This document shows, piece after piece, positions 15,146-29,574 of a DNA stretch of 64,000 nt. The first letter of the stretch is position 1. Each line of letters begins with the position of its first letter. The translations under genes and the position numbers were made by a program. A model generated the notes under the pieces. That model saw only the letters and a program-made list of their open reading frames with translations. It was not told where the DNA came from and made no database searches. This stretch comes from Octopus vulgaris (taxonomy: Eukaryota): contig OX597835.1 of NCBI GenBank assembly GCA_951406725.2, positions 14,384,001-14,448,000 of the forward strand, in the 5' to 3' direction.

Positions 15146-15183
15146 ATCTAAACGTTTCGGACTTTAGTCCTTCGTCAAAAGAA
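15146..15183 (-). ncRNA. Degenerate minimal hammerhead motif
   Basis: Minus strand: TTGACGA-A-GGACT-AA-AGTCC-GAAAC-GTT. C3U core change and a weak stem I. Confidence 0.4.
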
Positions 15184-15528
15184 AGAGAAAATTATAAAGG
15201 GAGTGATGAAGGGGAAAAGATAGTGAGAGAAAAAAAATCGGTGAAGGGTAAAAACCAAATGGGAATGCTGTTCTAGGGAAAGGATTAAGAAAGTGGGAGT
15301 GGCTGCATAGGTGAAAGTACAGGTGTATATCGTTGTCTGAAAGCGGATAAATGGGATGATGGTAGTTGTTAGTGTGTGTGTGTGTGTGCGCGTGTGGTTT
15401 TGGGAGGGTGGTGTATATGTATGTATAAGTATGCGGGTGCGGAAGTATAGTAACGTAGATAAGTAAGGTTGTGAGGTGTTGTTGTTTAGTGTGTGTGTGT
15501 GTGTATGTGTGTATGTGTGTGTGCGTGT

Positions 15529-15565
<37 letters not shown>

Positions 15566-15719
15566 TGAGTGTGTGTGTATTGCCACGCGCGCGTACAATC
15601 GTATGTAAAGAAAGTATGGGTGAAAGGAGGTGAAAACGGCCGCAAGACACAAAAAATTCTTTTGACGCCTGAGACTTTTGCAGATAAGAGGAACTATTGC
15701 GTCAGTTATGCTTTCCCTA

Positions 15720-16150
15720 AGAATATTGGTTTCAAATTTTGGCACAAGACCAACAATTTCTGGGGTGGGGGTAAGTCGATTTGATCGATCCCAGTGCTCA
15801 ACTGGTATGTATTTTGTCGATCCCGAAAGAATGAATGGCTAAGTCGAATCCGGTGACATTTGAACTCAAAGTCTGAAAAAACGCCGCTAAGCATTTTGTC
15901 CGGCGTGCTAACGATTCTGCCAGCCAGCTCGCCGCCTTAAGAATATTGATTTCAAATTTTGGCACAAGGCCAGCAGTTTTGTTGGGACGGGCTACGTCGA
16001 TTAAATTCCCCTCAGTGCTTATACTTATTTTATCGATGCTAAAAGAAAAAAAAAAAGAAAAGAAAAGAAAAGTCGACTCTGGGGGAATTTGAACTCAGGA
16101 CGTAAAGACAGACGAATTGACGCTAACCAATTTTAGTGACGCTCTATCGA
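15720..16150 (-). mobile_element. Two older family B SINE copies
   Basis: ...ttgaactc...cggcgtgctaacgattctgccagc...ctcgccgcctt; tail caaattttggcacaag(a/g)cc. Confidence 0.7.
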
Positions 16151-16540
16151 TTCTTCTAGATCATGATTGACATTTCATTTTTACTCACCCTCCTCATCCG
16201 TTAAATGTTCGGTATTTGTCTCCTGTAGAATATATTCCTCCTACAGAGTCAGCAGACACATCATGTCGACGGTCAAAACATGGCGTCTAAGCTAATGTTT
16301 TTCGTTTTATGTATATGTTAGCAAGGAGGGAAAGCACTATCCATAATCCTTAACAGATTCCCCGCGGTTGGTGGAAGGAAGGTGGCCTCGAACCAGAATT
16401 TTGGGCCGCATAGCTGCCACAGAGTGGACATCGTTAAAGGCACACAAGATAGCAGGTGGTGGTGTTAAGATAAGGCCACATCGGATAATATGGTCCTTGA
16501 TCGAAAATCTGGGAATTAGAAGACCAAGCCATGCTTTGGA

Positions 16541-16650
16541 GGCGGAGGTAAAGAATACGCACACCATCCGTTTTCGGCGTAACCCTAACCTTAAACGTAA
16601 CCCTAACCCCAAACGCGGAAAACGTGGCGTTCGTATTCTTTACCTTCGCC
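16541..16650. mobile_element. 110-bp MITE with GG...CC ends, internal TAACCC repeats, 8-bp TSD
   Basis: TIRs ggcggaggtaaagaatacg / cgtattctttaccttcgcc; TSD gctttgga / gcttggga. Confidence 0.7.
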
Positions 16651-16846
16651 GCTTGGGATACACTTGACCATCGCTCCGGTTATTCAGAGCTCACAGGAAA
16701 CTCAACATCAACAACAAAAACAACAGCGTCTACATTATGTCAAGAAGTCATTCACGGGGTAAGGGAAATAACTCAAATGGATCAGCGGCATTGATTTGGG
16801 TAAGTAAGTTGAGGGGTGCTGGTGCGAATCTTTAAAAATATATATA

Positions 16847-17001
16847 GGCGCAGGAATGGCTGTGTGGTAAGTAGCTTGCTAACCAACCACATGGTTCCGG
16901 GTTCAGTCCCACTGCGTGGCACTGAATATAGCCCCAGGCCGACCAATGCCTTGTGAGTGGATTTGGTAGACGGAAACTGAAAGAAGCCTGTCGTATATAT
17001 G

Positions 17002-17034
<33 letters not shown>

Positions 17035-17256
17035 TTGCGTGTGTGTGTTTGTCCCCCTAGCATTGCTTGACAACCGATGCTGGTGTGTTTACGTCCCCGC
17101 CACTAAGCGGTTCGGCAAAAGAGACCCCATCGAATAAGTACTGGGCTTACAAAAGAATAAGTCCCGGGATCAATTTGCTCGACTAAAGGCGGTGCTCCAG
17201 CATGGCCGCAGTCAAAATGACTGAAACAAGTAAAAGAGTAAAAGAGTAAAAGAGTA
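16847..17256 (+). mobile_element. Family A SINE (small internal deletion)
   Basis: ggcgcaggaatggctgtgtggtaag head through (gtaaaaga)3 tail. Confidence 0.9.
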
Positions 17257-17414
17257 TTGATTTAGTAACTGTACTTCATTGTTGAAGTCTAAAGTACAAC
17301 CAGCCACGGTTTTGTACTTTTGTTCTCTCTGAGGGAGGTGAATCAATTTTAACAACCTGCTGTTATTTGGAAGAAATGTTATCTGTCAAAATGATAATGA
17401 GGACATGATAACAA

Positions 17415-17709
17415 GGTGGGGGGGGGGAGAGGGAAAGAAGGGGAAAGAGGAGAGAGGGGGAAAGAGTGAGAGAACGATAGAGATGGAAGAAGTAGAGAAC
17501 GATAAAAAGAATGTAAGAGAAGGAAATCAGAAAGAAAGAGGGAAAGAGAGAGAGAAAGAGAGACAGAGAGACAGAGAGAAAGAAAGAAAGAGAAAAAGAG
17601 AAAGAGAGAGAGAAAGAGAGGGAGGGAGAAAAAGAGAGAGAAAGAGAGAGAGAAAGAGAGGAGGGAGAAAGAGAGAGAGAGAAAGAGAATGAGATAGAGA
17701 GAAAGGGAA

Positions 17710-17740
<31 letters not shown>

Positions 17741-17934
17741 AAGAAAGAGAGAGAGAGAGAGAAAGAAAGAGAGAGAGAGAAAAGTGTGAGCGAGAGAAAG
17801 CGGGAGAGAATGGAAAAAGAGGGAGAAAGAAAGAAAGAGAGGAAGAATATAGAGATAGAATGATAGAAAAGCAGGAAAAGTAAATTAAGAGAGAGAGGGA
17901 TCGAAAGAGACAGAGAAAGAGAGAGTGAACGAGC

Positions 17935-17985
<51 letters not shown>

Positions 17986-18036
17986 AGAGAGAGCGAGAGA
18001 GAAAAGCGAGAAAGAGAGAGAAAGAAAAAGAGAACG

Positions 18037-18076
<40 letters not shown>

Positions 18077-18080
18077 GGAG
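17415..18080. repeat. Purine-rich (GA)n/(GAAA)n tract
   Basis: Direct reading. Confidence 0.9.
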
Positions 18081-18609
18081 GTAAAATGAGGTAAAGTCTC
18101 AAGTCAGCTTCGAAAATATTGGTCTTCGTAGAAATGATGGCTGTTCAATAAAAGAAATATGTGTTAATTCTTCCTGCTATTGGTTAAGTTTGGATTAGTA
18201 TTAATATTAATCTTGCTACAAAACTGGTAAGGAGGTAATCCTAATTAGATTGCCGTAAACTAAACAATTTTTAGTATATAGTTACATCTCGGTGTTTGGG
18301 GATCGAATTTCCAGGACTTCGTTTTTGCTTACCGTCTCCGCAGGGTCGATGAAATAGTGTACCAGTGATATTCTAGTATTGATTTAATCGATTATGTGCT
18401 TCGTCGATAAATCTGTTTCCTTCTATAAATATGAAAAATCGATATTTATGTTCGTATGTCGAGCGGTTTAAAACGAGAAGCTGCTGGCAAGCCCAAAACT
18501 TGAAGGTAGATTCAATTACCGTTTGGATCGAATTAGCATTTCTTCTGCTGCTAACGACTTTGGGAATGTCACAGTTTACCACTCTGAAAGAGAGATGGAA
18601 TGTTAGAAA

Positions 18610-18617
18610 AACACACA

Positions 18618-18664
<47 letters not shown>

Positions 18665-18692
18665 CACACACACACACATACACACACACACA

Positions 18693-18754
<62 letters not shown>

Positions 18755-19237
18755 AACACACACACACATACACACACACACAAACACGCAAATACAGACA
18801 CACAAACACATGCATACAAACACACACACACACACACAACACACACACAAACACACACACACACACGCACATACAAATATACACGCAAATACACGAATAC
18901 ACAAACACACACACACAAACACACACACAAACACAAACACACAAAAACACACACACAAACTCTCTCACACACACACACACAAACACATACACACACACAC
19001 AAACACACACACAAACACAAACACACAAACACACACAAACACACACACACAAACTCTCTCACACACACACACACAAACACATACACACACACAAACACAC
19101 ACACAAACACAAACACACAAACACACACACACAAACTCTCTCACACACACACAAAAACACACACACACACACTCACACACACAAACACACAAACACACAA
19201 ACACAAACACACACACACACAAGCTCACACACAGACA
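18610..19237. repeat. (CA)n/(CAAA) compound microsatellite
   Basis: Direct reading. Confidence 0.95.
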
Positions 19238-19279
19238 CCCAAGATGAAGATGAACTCTCATTATGTGGTGCCTAGGTTC

Positions 19280-19325
19280 AGGCGTGGCTGTGTGGTAAGA
19301 AGTTTACTTCCCAATCATATGTAGG

Positions 19326-19358
<33 letters not shown>

Positions 19359-19535
19359 TTGTCCCACCACCATTACTTGACAACCGATGTCGGTGTGTTT
19401 ACGTCCCGTAACTTAGCGGTTCGGCAAAAGAGAACGATAGAATAATTACTAAACTTACAAAGAGTAAGTCCTGGGGTCGCTTCGTTCCACTAAAGACGGT
19501 GCTCCAGCATGGCCGCAGTCAAAGAATAAAAGAAT
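19280..19535 (+). mobile_element. Internally deleted family A SINE
   Basis: Head ggcgtggctgtgtggtaag joined to (TG)n and the 3' half. Confidence 0.75.
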
Positions 19536-19552
19536 ATATATATATATATGAT

Positions 19553-19870
19553 GGCGCGTGGCTTAGTAGTTAGGGTATTCGGCTCACGATCGGAAGGTCG
19601 TGAGTTCAATTCCCAGCGAGACGTTGTGTCCTTGAGCAAGACACTTTATTTCACGTTGCTCCACTCATCTGGCAAAAATGAGTAGTACGTGTTATTCAAA
19701 GGGCCAGCCTTGTCACACTCTGTGTCACGCTGAATCTCCCTGAGAACTACGTGAAAGGGTACACGTGTCAGTGGAGTGCTCAGCCACTTGCACGTTAATT
19801 TCACGCGCAAGCTGTTCCGTTTATCGGATCAGCTGGGACCCTCGTCGTCGTCGTAACCGACGAAGTGCCA
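19553..19870 (+). mobile_element. Family C SINE (tRNA head + CORE-like block + family D tail)
   Basis: tggcttagtagttaggg...gagttcaattccc...gtgtccttgagcaagacactttatttcacgttgctcc, then tcaaagggccagccttgtcac...cgtaaccgacg as in family D. Confidence 0.8.
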
Positions 19871-20290
19871 CGATATATATATATACGAGCAAAACGCCCC
19901 CCCCCCCGGTCCAATGGACGGCGCTGAGTTGTCAAACATTTAAACCAAATTTTCTCAAAACAACTTGTCCGACCGTCCCATAGGTTTCCCTTTCAGAAAC
20001 ACTGATTTAACCTAAATTTGAGACACCAGCAAAAGAAAAAAATAAAGATAGACTTTTTCTCGCGTACGCTGATGTACTTGCGCGTATAAATTCACGTTCC
20101 CACGGTTTTATCGATCGCATTCTCACCTGGAATCGATTTTTGTAATTTTTTCAAGACTTATACACGCCCTGATTCCGTCGGTATCTACATATCAAATTTG
20201 AGCGCAATCGGATGGAGGATGCCCAAGATCCTAGAAGACACTCAGACAGACAGAACGGATTTTATATAATATATATATATATATATATAT

Positions 20291-20451
20291 ACAAGAAAAA
20301 AGCAACAAGAATCCATTCTTGTTGCTTTTTTTCTTGTTTATAATCACCCCACATTATTGTATGGTTAATACCATATAGTTTTCTGGTGCATCTAAGTTAA
20401 GTACCGCATTCAAGTGAATTCAATAGAACTCACTTGAATCTTAATTGTTTT

Positions 20452-20455
<4 letters not shown>
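20291..20455. mobile_element. (TA)n-embedded element with terminal hairpin; reverse-strand relative of 43441-43710 and 63941-64000
   Basis: Hairpin acaagaaaaaagcaacaagaat-cc-attcttgttgctttttttcttgt; reverse complement contains ggtacttaacttagatgcaccagaa...ggggtgattata. Confidence 0.6.
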
Positions 20456-20489
<34 letters not shown>

Positions 20490-20731
20490 ATGAAGGTGGC
20501 CAGAGGCAATTCAAAACTAAAAAGAAAATTATTCACCGTCACTAAAATGTGACGAACGGTAGAGGGAGCACAAGCGTTACTAGAACTAAGAGCCAAAGTA
20601 TTCTTTAGACACAAAAGCACATTTTCTATTTACTGACAGGGGGAACAACCCCCCCCCCCCACCGCAATTGAGACGCATTGGATTGGCATATCAATTTCGC
20701 ATGGTTCACCCTATCATTTTTGGTTGTGTGT

Positions 20732-21112
20732 GGAGGCGCAATGGCCCAGTGGTTAGGGAAGCGGACTCGCGATCGCAGGATCGCAGTTTCGATTCCCAGA
20801 CTGGGCGTTGTGAGTGTTTATTGAGCGAAAACACCTAAAGCTCCACGAGGCTCCGGCAGGGGATGGTGGTGATCCCTGTTGTACTCTTTCACCACAACTT
20901 TCTCTCACTCTTACTTCCTGTTTCTGTTGTACCTGTATTTCAAAGGGCCGGCCTTGTCACTCTCTGTGTCACGCTGAATATCCCCGAGAACTACGTTAAG
21001 GGTACACGTGTCTGTGGAGTGCTCAGCCACTTACACGTTAATTTCACGAGCAGGCTGTTCCGTTGATCGGATCAACCGGAACCCTCGTCGTCGTAACCGA
21101 CGGAGTGCTTCC
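20732..21112 (+). mobile_element. Family D tRNA-derived SINE
   Basis: A/B boxes; probable TSD ttggttgtgt (20720-20729 / 21121-21130). Confidence 0.9.
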
Positions 21113-21156
21113 TCCCTTAGTTGGTTGTGTAAATTCGGGTTATGTCACCAGGTCGT

Positions 21157-21242
<86 letters not shown>

Positions 21243-21684
21243 TGATCTTTTCCGCACCACTGCTTGACAACCGGTGCTGGTTTGTTTATGGCCCCATGAC
21301 AACGGTTCGGTAACAAAAAAATTACCAATAGAATAATTACCAGGCTTTAAAAACACAAGCGCTGTGTTTGATTTGTCCGATAAACCCTTCAATGCGATGC
21401 CCCAGCATGGCCGCAGTCTAACGACTGAAACAAGTGAATAATAACAAGGATGCATAAGTTTCGTTTTCTTCATGTTTTGGGTTCGCATCACAACATGTCC
21501 GACTCGATTTTTATCCCTCTGGAGTCAATAAAATAATTCTTTACACTACACGTGCAAGTGAGGTGCACAGCATGGCTTAGTGGTTATGCTGTTGCAGTCA
21601 TGATCTTAAGATTGTAGTTTCGATTTCTAGAACGGGCAAAGCACTTCATTTCACGTTGCTCCAGTTTATTCTGCTGACAAAAAT

Positions 21685-22179
21685 CATCATTATCATCATT
21701 GTTCGACCGTGGTCGAGACAATGGAATTTACCATGCTACGCCAGACCTCACGGTCCATCATGGCATTACGGAGGTCCTGTTGCTGGATGCCTGTATCCCT
21801 GGAGATTACATCAGGGTTGGAGAGTGTGCGCCCTCTGGTATTGCGAGTAGATGGCTTCCAGAAGAGAAGAGTAGAAATGACCTCTCTTTCAGCTCTACAA
21901 CAATGTCCAGCAAACTGGACTCTCTTACCTTTCACAAGAGATGACACAGGTGGTAGTTTCCCATATATTTGCATTTTGGTTGGATGGCGCTTCCACGAGA
22001 GATTTTGAGCTCTCATAAGGAGGCGAGTGTAGGTTCCATCCAACCGCCTCTCAAGCTTCTTTGATAACGTCCAGGTTTCTTAGCCATATAGTAGAATTGG
22101 TTCGACTGTGGCTTTGAAGATTTCAAGCTTGAAGTCTCTTCTTAGATTTGATGACCAGATCTTATGCATGTCTTATGCA
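21685..22179 (-). mobile_element. 5'-truncated RTE-clade LINE (C-terminal ORF remnant) inserted in a family C SINE
   Basis: Translation ...IFKATVEPILLYG*ETWTL...RLDGTYTRLLMRAQNLSWK...FAGHCCR...AMMDREVWRS; (TGA)n tail; TSD tgacaaaaat. Confidence 0.85.
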
Positions 22180-22974
22180 TGACAAAAATAAGTTATCGTG
22201 CGTCCCGCCAAATGGGAAAGTATATACACCGCTGAAACTGGAACACGTTCTTATGGATCTATGTGACTCGAGAAGGGATTGATATGCTGGTTGTGCTCGA
22301 CTGGGACTTAATCTGTTGATGCTGAAAGAATGAAAGATATCGTCAAGCTCGGTGGAATTTGAGTGTTTAGAACGTAAAACCCGAACGAAATGCCACTAGA
22401 AATTTTATCCGGGGAAGTTCGCCAATTTTGTTTGAGCAATAAAACATTACCAGCTCATTATACCGAATGGAATTGAAACACATCATAACTCTCCTTGAAT
22501 ATTTTTCACTTTGTTTCACACCTAATAAAAAAAAATTGATGCAAGCAAAATTATGGTAATGGTGGTGGTGGTGGTGGTGGTGGTGGTGGTGTTTGTGGTG
22601 GTTGTTTGCGTTTCTGCAGAAATATTTTAAGAAGAAATCCATACTTCTTGAAGACGCACAGAAATAAACAAACAAATAAATAAATAAATAAATACACTCC
22701 TGTATAAAATATGAATCGAGTTGATAAAAATTTGTAATATGAGTTGTAAGATCACAGAAGATTAAGAGAAAACACTTGTACATCTTATGCAAATTAGTCG
22801 AAGTGTTAAAGTAATAGATAGAAGGATTGTGAGAACTTCGTTCTTGAGAAACACAATTGTTCTTATCACGAAGAAAAAACTAGGTAGAGTGATAGGAAAT
22901 AAAAGATAAATACGCGAGATCGAATCCGAGATAGTGCTAGGTGATTAAAGAAGCCACCCGCCTTTCATCTACCT

Positions 22975-23410
<436 letters not shown>

Positions 23411-23739
23411 GTTGACTTATCTATTCGCTTATGTATTTCTCATCAAATTTACATTCTTAGCAAGATTAGTATCTCATTTTATTTTCTCTCTGTTCTTTCT
23501 TTTATCTATTTTTATTCAGAAATGTTCTAGAAGTAAGCTTAAGCTAAGAACATTATCTTCTTGATTGTTTGCATAATCTAATACCACAGAATTTCTGCGC
23601 ATATTGTCCACCTTCTGCTTTTAAGTATGTTTCCATTTTTTTTTTTATTATTCTTTTCTCTCTCGAATTTCTTTCTCAAACAATAATAATGATACACGAC
23701 TAAATTGTATAGCATTTTGTATCAACAATCTTTTGTTGT

Positions 23740-24110
<371 letters not shown>

Positions 24111-24435
24111 ATATAATGCTACTTAGCAATCAATTGTATCAGTGTATGTATCTATGAATCGATCTATTTGCCTATCTATTTATTAATCTATCAAGGTCCC
24201 TCTCTCTCTATCACTATCACTGGTTATCTAAATATATAGGTATGTGTGTGTGTGTGTGTCTGTGTGTGAAATATTTTGCAAGCATCCGTCTTGTTTCGCT
24301 TGTTGACGTTCTAGTTCTGCGAGTCATTGGTCCTGATTTTTATGCTTTCATCCCCTGGTCCCGTTGAAAGATGTGTTTTTCTTTACCCCCAGGTCAAACA
24401 TCTACGAGAAAACCTAACAATAACTACCAGTAATA

Positions 24436-24859
24436 GGATCTTTTCGGTTTGAACAGCAGTTTTTTTCTAGCGGTGTCATATGAAATTGTCACCCATAATT
24501 ATGACCCTAGTATCGATCTATTGCATTTCAATCTGTTTTAGGGTTAGGGTTAGGGTTAGGAGTGGGGGGAAGGGTATATTTTTTTCTTCAAAAATGTAAA
24601 TAAACCCAATATGTTTCTCAAACGAGGGACATATTCATACGGCACAGAATGTTTTCACCTCAATAGACGTCATTGATTGGTTGAAATTGCATAAATTGAA
24701 GAAAAACCCCCAAATATCTTACAAACTATAGAATTTTCTCAATAAATCGAAGAGAAAAAGATGTTTTATAAACACATTCTACCAGTATACGAAGTTTAAA
24801 AGTGTTTAGTTACGTGGAAATTATTTAAAAAAAACTGCCGGTCAAACCGAAAAGATTCC
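24436..24859. mobile_element. MITE with GGATCTTTTC TIRs, internal TTAGGG repeats, 8-bp TSD
   Basis: TIR ggatcttttcggtttgaac / ggtcaaaccgaaaagattcc; TSD cagtaata; 3' arm shares ataaacacattctaccagtatacgaagtttaaaagtgtttagtta with the 39249 and 41796 elements. Confidence 0.8.
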
Positions 24860-25048
24860 CAGTAATATACTATCATCTTGTACCTAAATAACCAGTTTCT
24901 ACCTGTGCAAAGTTACAGGTTACTGTAATGAATACGAATGATATTATAAAACATGGATTGTTTCTTTTTATTTTCATGACCAAGAATAATGTTTTTTTTT
25001 ATGAAGGTCACAGACACACACGCACATACATACTCTCACACACACACA

Positions 25049-25092
<44 letters not shown>

Positions 25093-25545
25093 AAAACGGT
25101 GAAGTGTATCTGGCAAGTAAGAGAGGAGTGTTTAATACATGCCGTAATGGTTTTGGTTCATTGGAATTTAATTCTTATTCCGCTACTTGAGTTTCATGCC
25201 ACGGCGATCTTCAGTAGTCGCCTGACGTAATCTCAGGCGAGAACTATACACATACATATGTACGTACTTTCAATAAGTTACATACATGCACACACCCGCG
25301 TGCGCACACGCACACACATATGCTTGCGCGCGTGCACACACACATATATATGCACGTACACGCACAACACACACACACACTTGTTCATATACCCTCAGTT
25401 ACATATATAGATATATAACTATAAACATACATAAACATATATACGTACCTATGTACGAATGTAGTGAGTGTGTGTATGTGTGTGAGTGCGCGCGTGTGTA
25501 TGTGATGTGTGTGTGTGTGTGAGAGAGAGAAATAGAGAGAGAGAA

Positions 25546-25586
<41 letters not shown>

Positions 25587-25839
25587 TTTCTGCATTCAGT
25601 CGAATATATGGCCTTAATTACAATGTAATCAGGCTTGCAAATAATTTCAAGGTGATTTCAATCAGCGACTCTTGATGCATCGATTCCAGTGCGCTTTCCA
25701 GCTTTGGGAACACATCTAGGAACGCGTTTCTGGAGGAGTCTACTGTTCTAGTCACGAACATTCTTTGATCAGATTCCCAATTTTTTTTTAACAAACAGCC
25801 AAATGTATTAAAACATTCGTTCACTCTAGCCGCGTAATT

Positions 25840-26058
25840 CTTTTCTTCTCGAGACACAAGGCCCGGGATTTTGGGGGGAGGGTACCGGTCGATTAGATCG
25901 GCCCCAGTACGCAACTGGTACTTAATTAAGCGACCTAGAAATGATAGAAAGGCAAAGTTGACCTCGGTTGAATTTGAACTCAGAACGTAAAGACAGACGA
26001 AATAACGCTAAGCATTTCGCCCGGCGTGCTAACGATTCTGCCAGCTCCTCGCCGCCTT
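25840..26058 (-). mobile_element. Family B SINE
   Basis: Reverse complement of the family B unit. Confidence 0.8.
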
Positions 26059-26107
26059 ATAAACCTTTAATATTCTTTTCTACTTTAGGCACAAGGCCCG
26101 AAATTTG

Positions 26108-26560
26108 AAGATCAGTAAAAAAGAAAACACCTATGCTGAACTATTGAGAAATCTGCAGTTTCTTTATCCAGATTACAAGTTCAGGTTTACACCTGCAATC
26201 ATTGGGGCCCCTGGGATATATAACACACTGCCTATATACCAATGCTGAGAAATTAGGCTTGGCAAAACCAGAAAAGAGAAAGCTAATTCGAAGACTACAG
26301 ATTCAATCCATCACTGGAACTGTAAAAATCTGTAAAACTTTCCAGAAGTTTATCATTTAAATACGTATATATGAGCATGTCTACATATGTAACTATATGC
26401 ATGAGAATATATATACATAAAACATACAAATCTGCACATACATGCATATATAAATACGTAAATACGTATGTACTCTGTTGTTGAAATTCCAATGAAGGCG
26501 CCTTGGATCTAGATTAGAAACCAGTTCTTTCTCTATCGACAAGAAATTTTAAAATAAATT
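26108..26560 (+). mobile_element. 3' fragment of a restriction-like-endonuclease LINE (R4/Dong/NeSL-like)
   Basis: Translation KKENTYAELLRNLQFLYPDYKFRFTPAIIGA..(frameshift)..RRLQIQSITGTVKICKTF* resembles the K..KY..L...PIIIGALG C-terminus of RLE LINEs. Confidence 0.6.
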
Positions 26561-26577
26561 CAATAATGACATACATA

Positions 26578-26742
26578 GGCGCAGGAGTGGCTGTGTGGTA
26601 AGTAGCTTGCTAACCAACCACATGGTTCCGGGTTCAGTCCCACTGCGTGGCATCTTGGGCAAATGTCTTCTGCTATAGCCCCGGGTCGACCAATGCCTTG
26701 TGAGTGGATTTGGTAGACGGAAACTGAAAGAAGCCTGTCGTA

Positions 26743-26809
<67 letters not shown>

Positions 26810-27027
26810 GTGTGTTTGTGTGTCTGTGTTTGTCCCCCTAGCATTGCTTGACAACCGATGCTGGTGTGTTTACGTCCCCGTCACTTAGCGGTTCGGCAAA
26901 AAAGAGACCGATAGAATAAGTACTGGGCTTACAAAGAATAAGTCCCGGGGTCGATTGCTCGACTAAAGGCGGTGCTCCAGCATGACCGCAGTCGAATGAC
27001 TGAAACAAGTAAAAGAGTAAAAGAGTA
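26578..27027 (+). mobile_element. Family A SINE (full length)
   Basis: Complete head to tail; short TSD atacata. Confidence 0.9.
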
Positions 27028-27593
27028 TACATAGAACGAATTTATTATTTAGCAACGTTTGTGTGTTTGATTTGGCTCAAATGATTGCTTATCTGTTCCA
27101 TCTCCGCCTATTCAGCCTTTTCAACCATTCTGGTTGAGCTGTCAGCGAACACATCTCTACACAATATCATCGCCAATCATTATCTTTCTCTTTCTTCCCG
27201 TTGTAGTCGCCATATTGCGTCTCTGACACAAGCCGTATGTAAGTGGGTACAGTCTCGTCTGCTAAAGGATTAATTTCTTCTGCTAGATGTCGTATTTCCA
27301 TTAACAACAACAGGATTTAGATTCTTGTTAATGGCTAATCCCAGTTCGATGGTATAATTCTATAGACGTATCTATGGAGAGCTGTAGAATTTCTCTTTGA
27401 ACTCTCCAGGCTTCTTTTATCGTGTTGGCGTTTTTTTTTTAACACCCGAGAGACTAAAGTAAACCATTCCAAAGTTGAGCAGCAAATTCAAAACTTAAGT
27501 AGCAGAGTATTCTATGAGGATTTCCAAAATGTTAGAGATATTGAACGACTAAAGAACTGAAGAGAAAACTTTATTTAGAGATTGCATATTTGG

Positions 27594-27626
<33 letters not shown>

Positions 27627-27725
27627 TCACGAACACCCACACATATTACATGCATATACATACACACACCTATAGTATTATATAATAGACCTTTATATAC
27701 GCACATATGCATACATATATATACG

Positions 27726-27768
<43 letters not shown>

Positions 27769-27925
27769 CATATATATACATATACAAACATATATATGCC
27801 TATACATACATATACACAGGCATGTAACATACGTACATATGCATACATATATATACGTATATAATATATATATATATATATACACATACATATATACCTG
27901 TATATGCATAATGACTTCCTTATAG

Positions 27926-27971
<46 letters not shown>

Positions 27972-28440
27972 TATATACGTATATATATGTACGTATATGT
28001 GCGTATATATACCTAAATATGTTATATGCCTGTGTATGTGTATGTATAAGTATATATATGTTTGTATATATTTATGTATATGCACATATATATATATATA
28101 TGTATATATTTATATATATGCACATGCACACTTAAGCATACACACAATTTTCCATTACCTCTCTTCCTAAAGTTATCAGCGTCAATGATGGTTTTATTCA
28201 ATCAGCAATTTACATACACATGTGTGCGCATGTTTAAAACACCCGCACGAGTACAGACACGTAATCACACGCACACACACACACACACACACACAAGCTC
28301 ACACACACACACACACGAGCTCACACACGAGCTCACACACTCATAAACCTCCCAAAGAGAGTCTTATTGATCTTCCCTTCATTTACACATTTCGCTGCAA
28401 CGGATGGATCGCATCATAACGTAACCGTTCCTGAAATATA

Positions 28441-28676
28441 TATTTCTTTATTGCCCACAAGGGGCTAAACATAGAGGGGACAAACAAGGACAGACAAAGG
28501 GATTAAGTCGATTACATCGACCCCCCCCCACCACCCAGTGCGAAACTGGTACTTTATTTATCGACCCCGAAAGGATGAAAGGTAAAGTCGACCTCGGCGG
28601 AATTTGAACTCAGAACGTAACGACAGACGAAATACCGCTAAGCATTTCGCCCGGCGCGCTAACGAGTCTGCCAGCA
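28441..28676 (-). mobile_element. Family B SINE with TSD
   Basis: Flanked by cgttcctgaaatata on both sides. Confidence 0.9.
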
Positions 28677-29574
28677 CGTTCCTGAAATATATGTTCCTAA
28701 TGCTTTGGGGACAAACATGAACGCCTCCACATCTACCAACCCCCACTTATCAAGTAAAACAAAACCAGCATTGATTCTTTGGGTTACCATCTTTGTTACA
28801 TAACTGACGTTTGATATATTATTCCAACAGGTATGTGAAAAATTGAGAATAGTTGTTCATTAGAAGATCTATTTGTAATTGTGTACAAACGTATTTCATA
28901 CGTTCATATACACGGAAACATAGGTAGACCTTTCGCAGCGGAAATTGTCTTCGAGAGTAACGTTTTATATATGATTGTATACACAAGTGGTTCTCAACGT
29001 GGACGGCACTGCCCCCTTGGTGGCGATGAAAAGATCTAGAGAGGCGTTGTAGAAAAGCGCAGCGATATTTCATTTAACTCAGCTTCGATCACCTCCAGAT
29101 AATTAATTCCAACTCGTCCAAGCTTTGCGCAAAACAGCAAATGTAGTAGTTGCCATATTTTTATACACGATCAAACATTTTTAACGAGGCTGTGAATGAT
29201 TGATTCCATATTCGTAGCTAATGAAACGTAACGGTGCTGAAACGCATGCGTCTTACGGTCCGATGATATTTTTCATAGACCAACGATATGTTTTCAAACC
29301 TATTATCTATAAGAAGAATTTTCTCCTCCAGCGACTATTTCAGCAGCAAAAGGTTTTCTCACGTCCAAATGTTTACGAACGTGTTAAATATGATTGTACG
29401 CACATATATTTCATTCAAGGCTGCTTCGTGCACCTCCAGTCAACCTAGTACTTATTTTTATGTATTACCGAGGCACAAGGTCTTCAGTGAGAGTATGGCT
29501 TTTACTTTACAACACTTTATGCTTTTTATCAGCGAGATCGATCTATAAAAATTAGAATATATTTAATCGATATG

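Noticed and set aside
20732-20805. Functional tRNA genes at SINE heads (also 12790-12861, 19553, 33300-33371)
   Set aside because: They continue directly into multicopy SINE bodies and lack a complete cloverleaf and terminator.
24537-24560. TTAGGG repeats as a true telomere or chromosome-fusion site (also 39478, 39620, 42025, 42140)
   Set aside because: Only 2-4 units, all internal to TSD- or TIR-bounded MITEs.
26485-26535. ccaatgaagg...tagaaaccagttc hammerhead-like motif after the LINE fragment
   Set aside because: Too many core deviations to support.
28984-29545. Possible hAT end (caagtggttctcaac) and very decayed transposase (KSHTLTEDLVP)
   Set aside because: Similarity is too short and fragmented to call.
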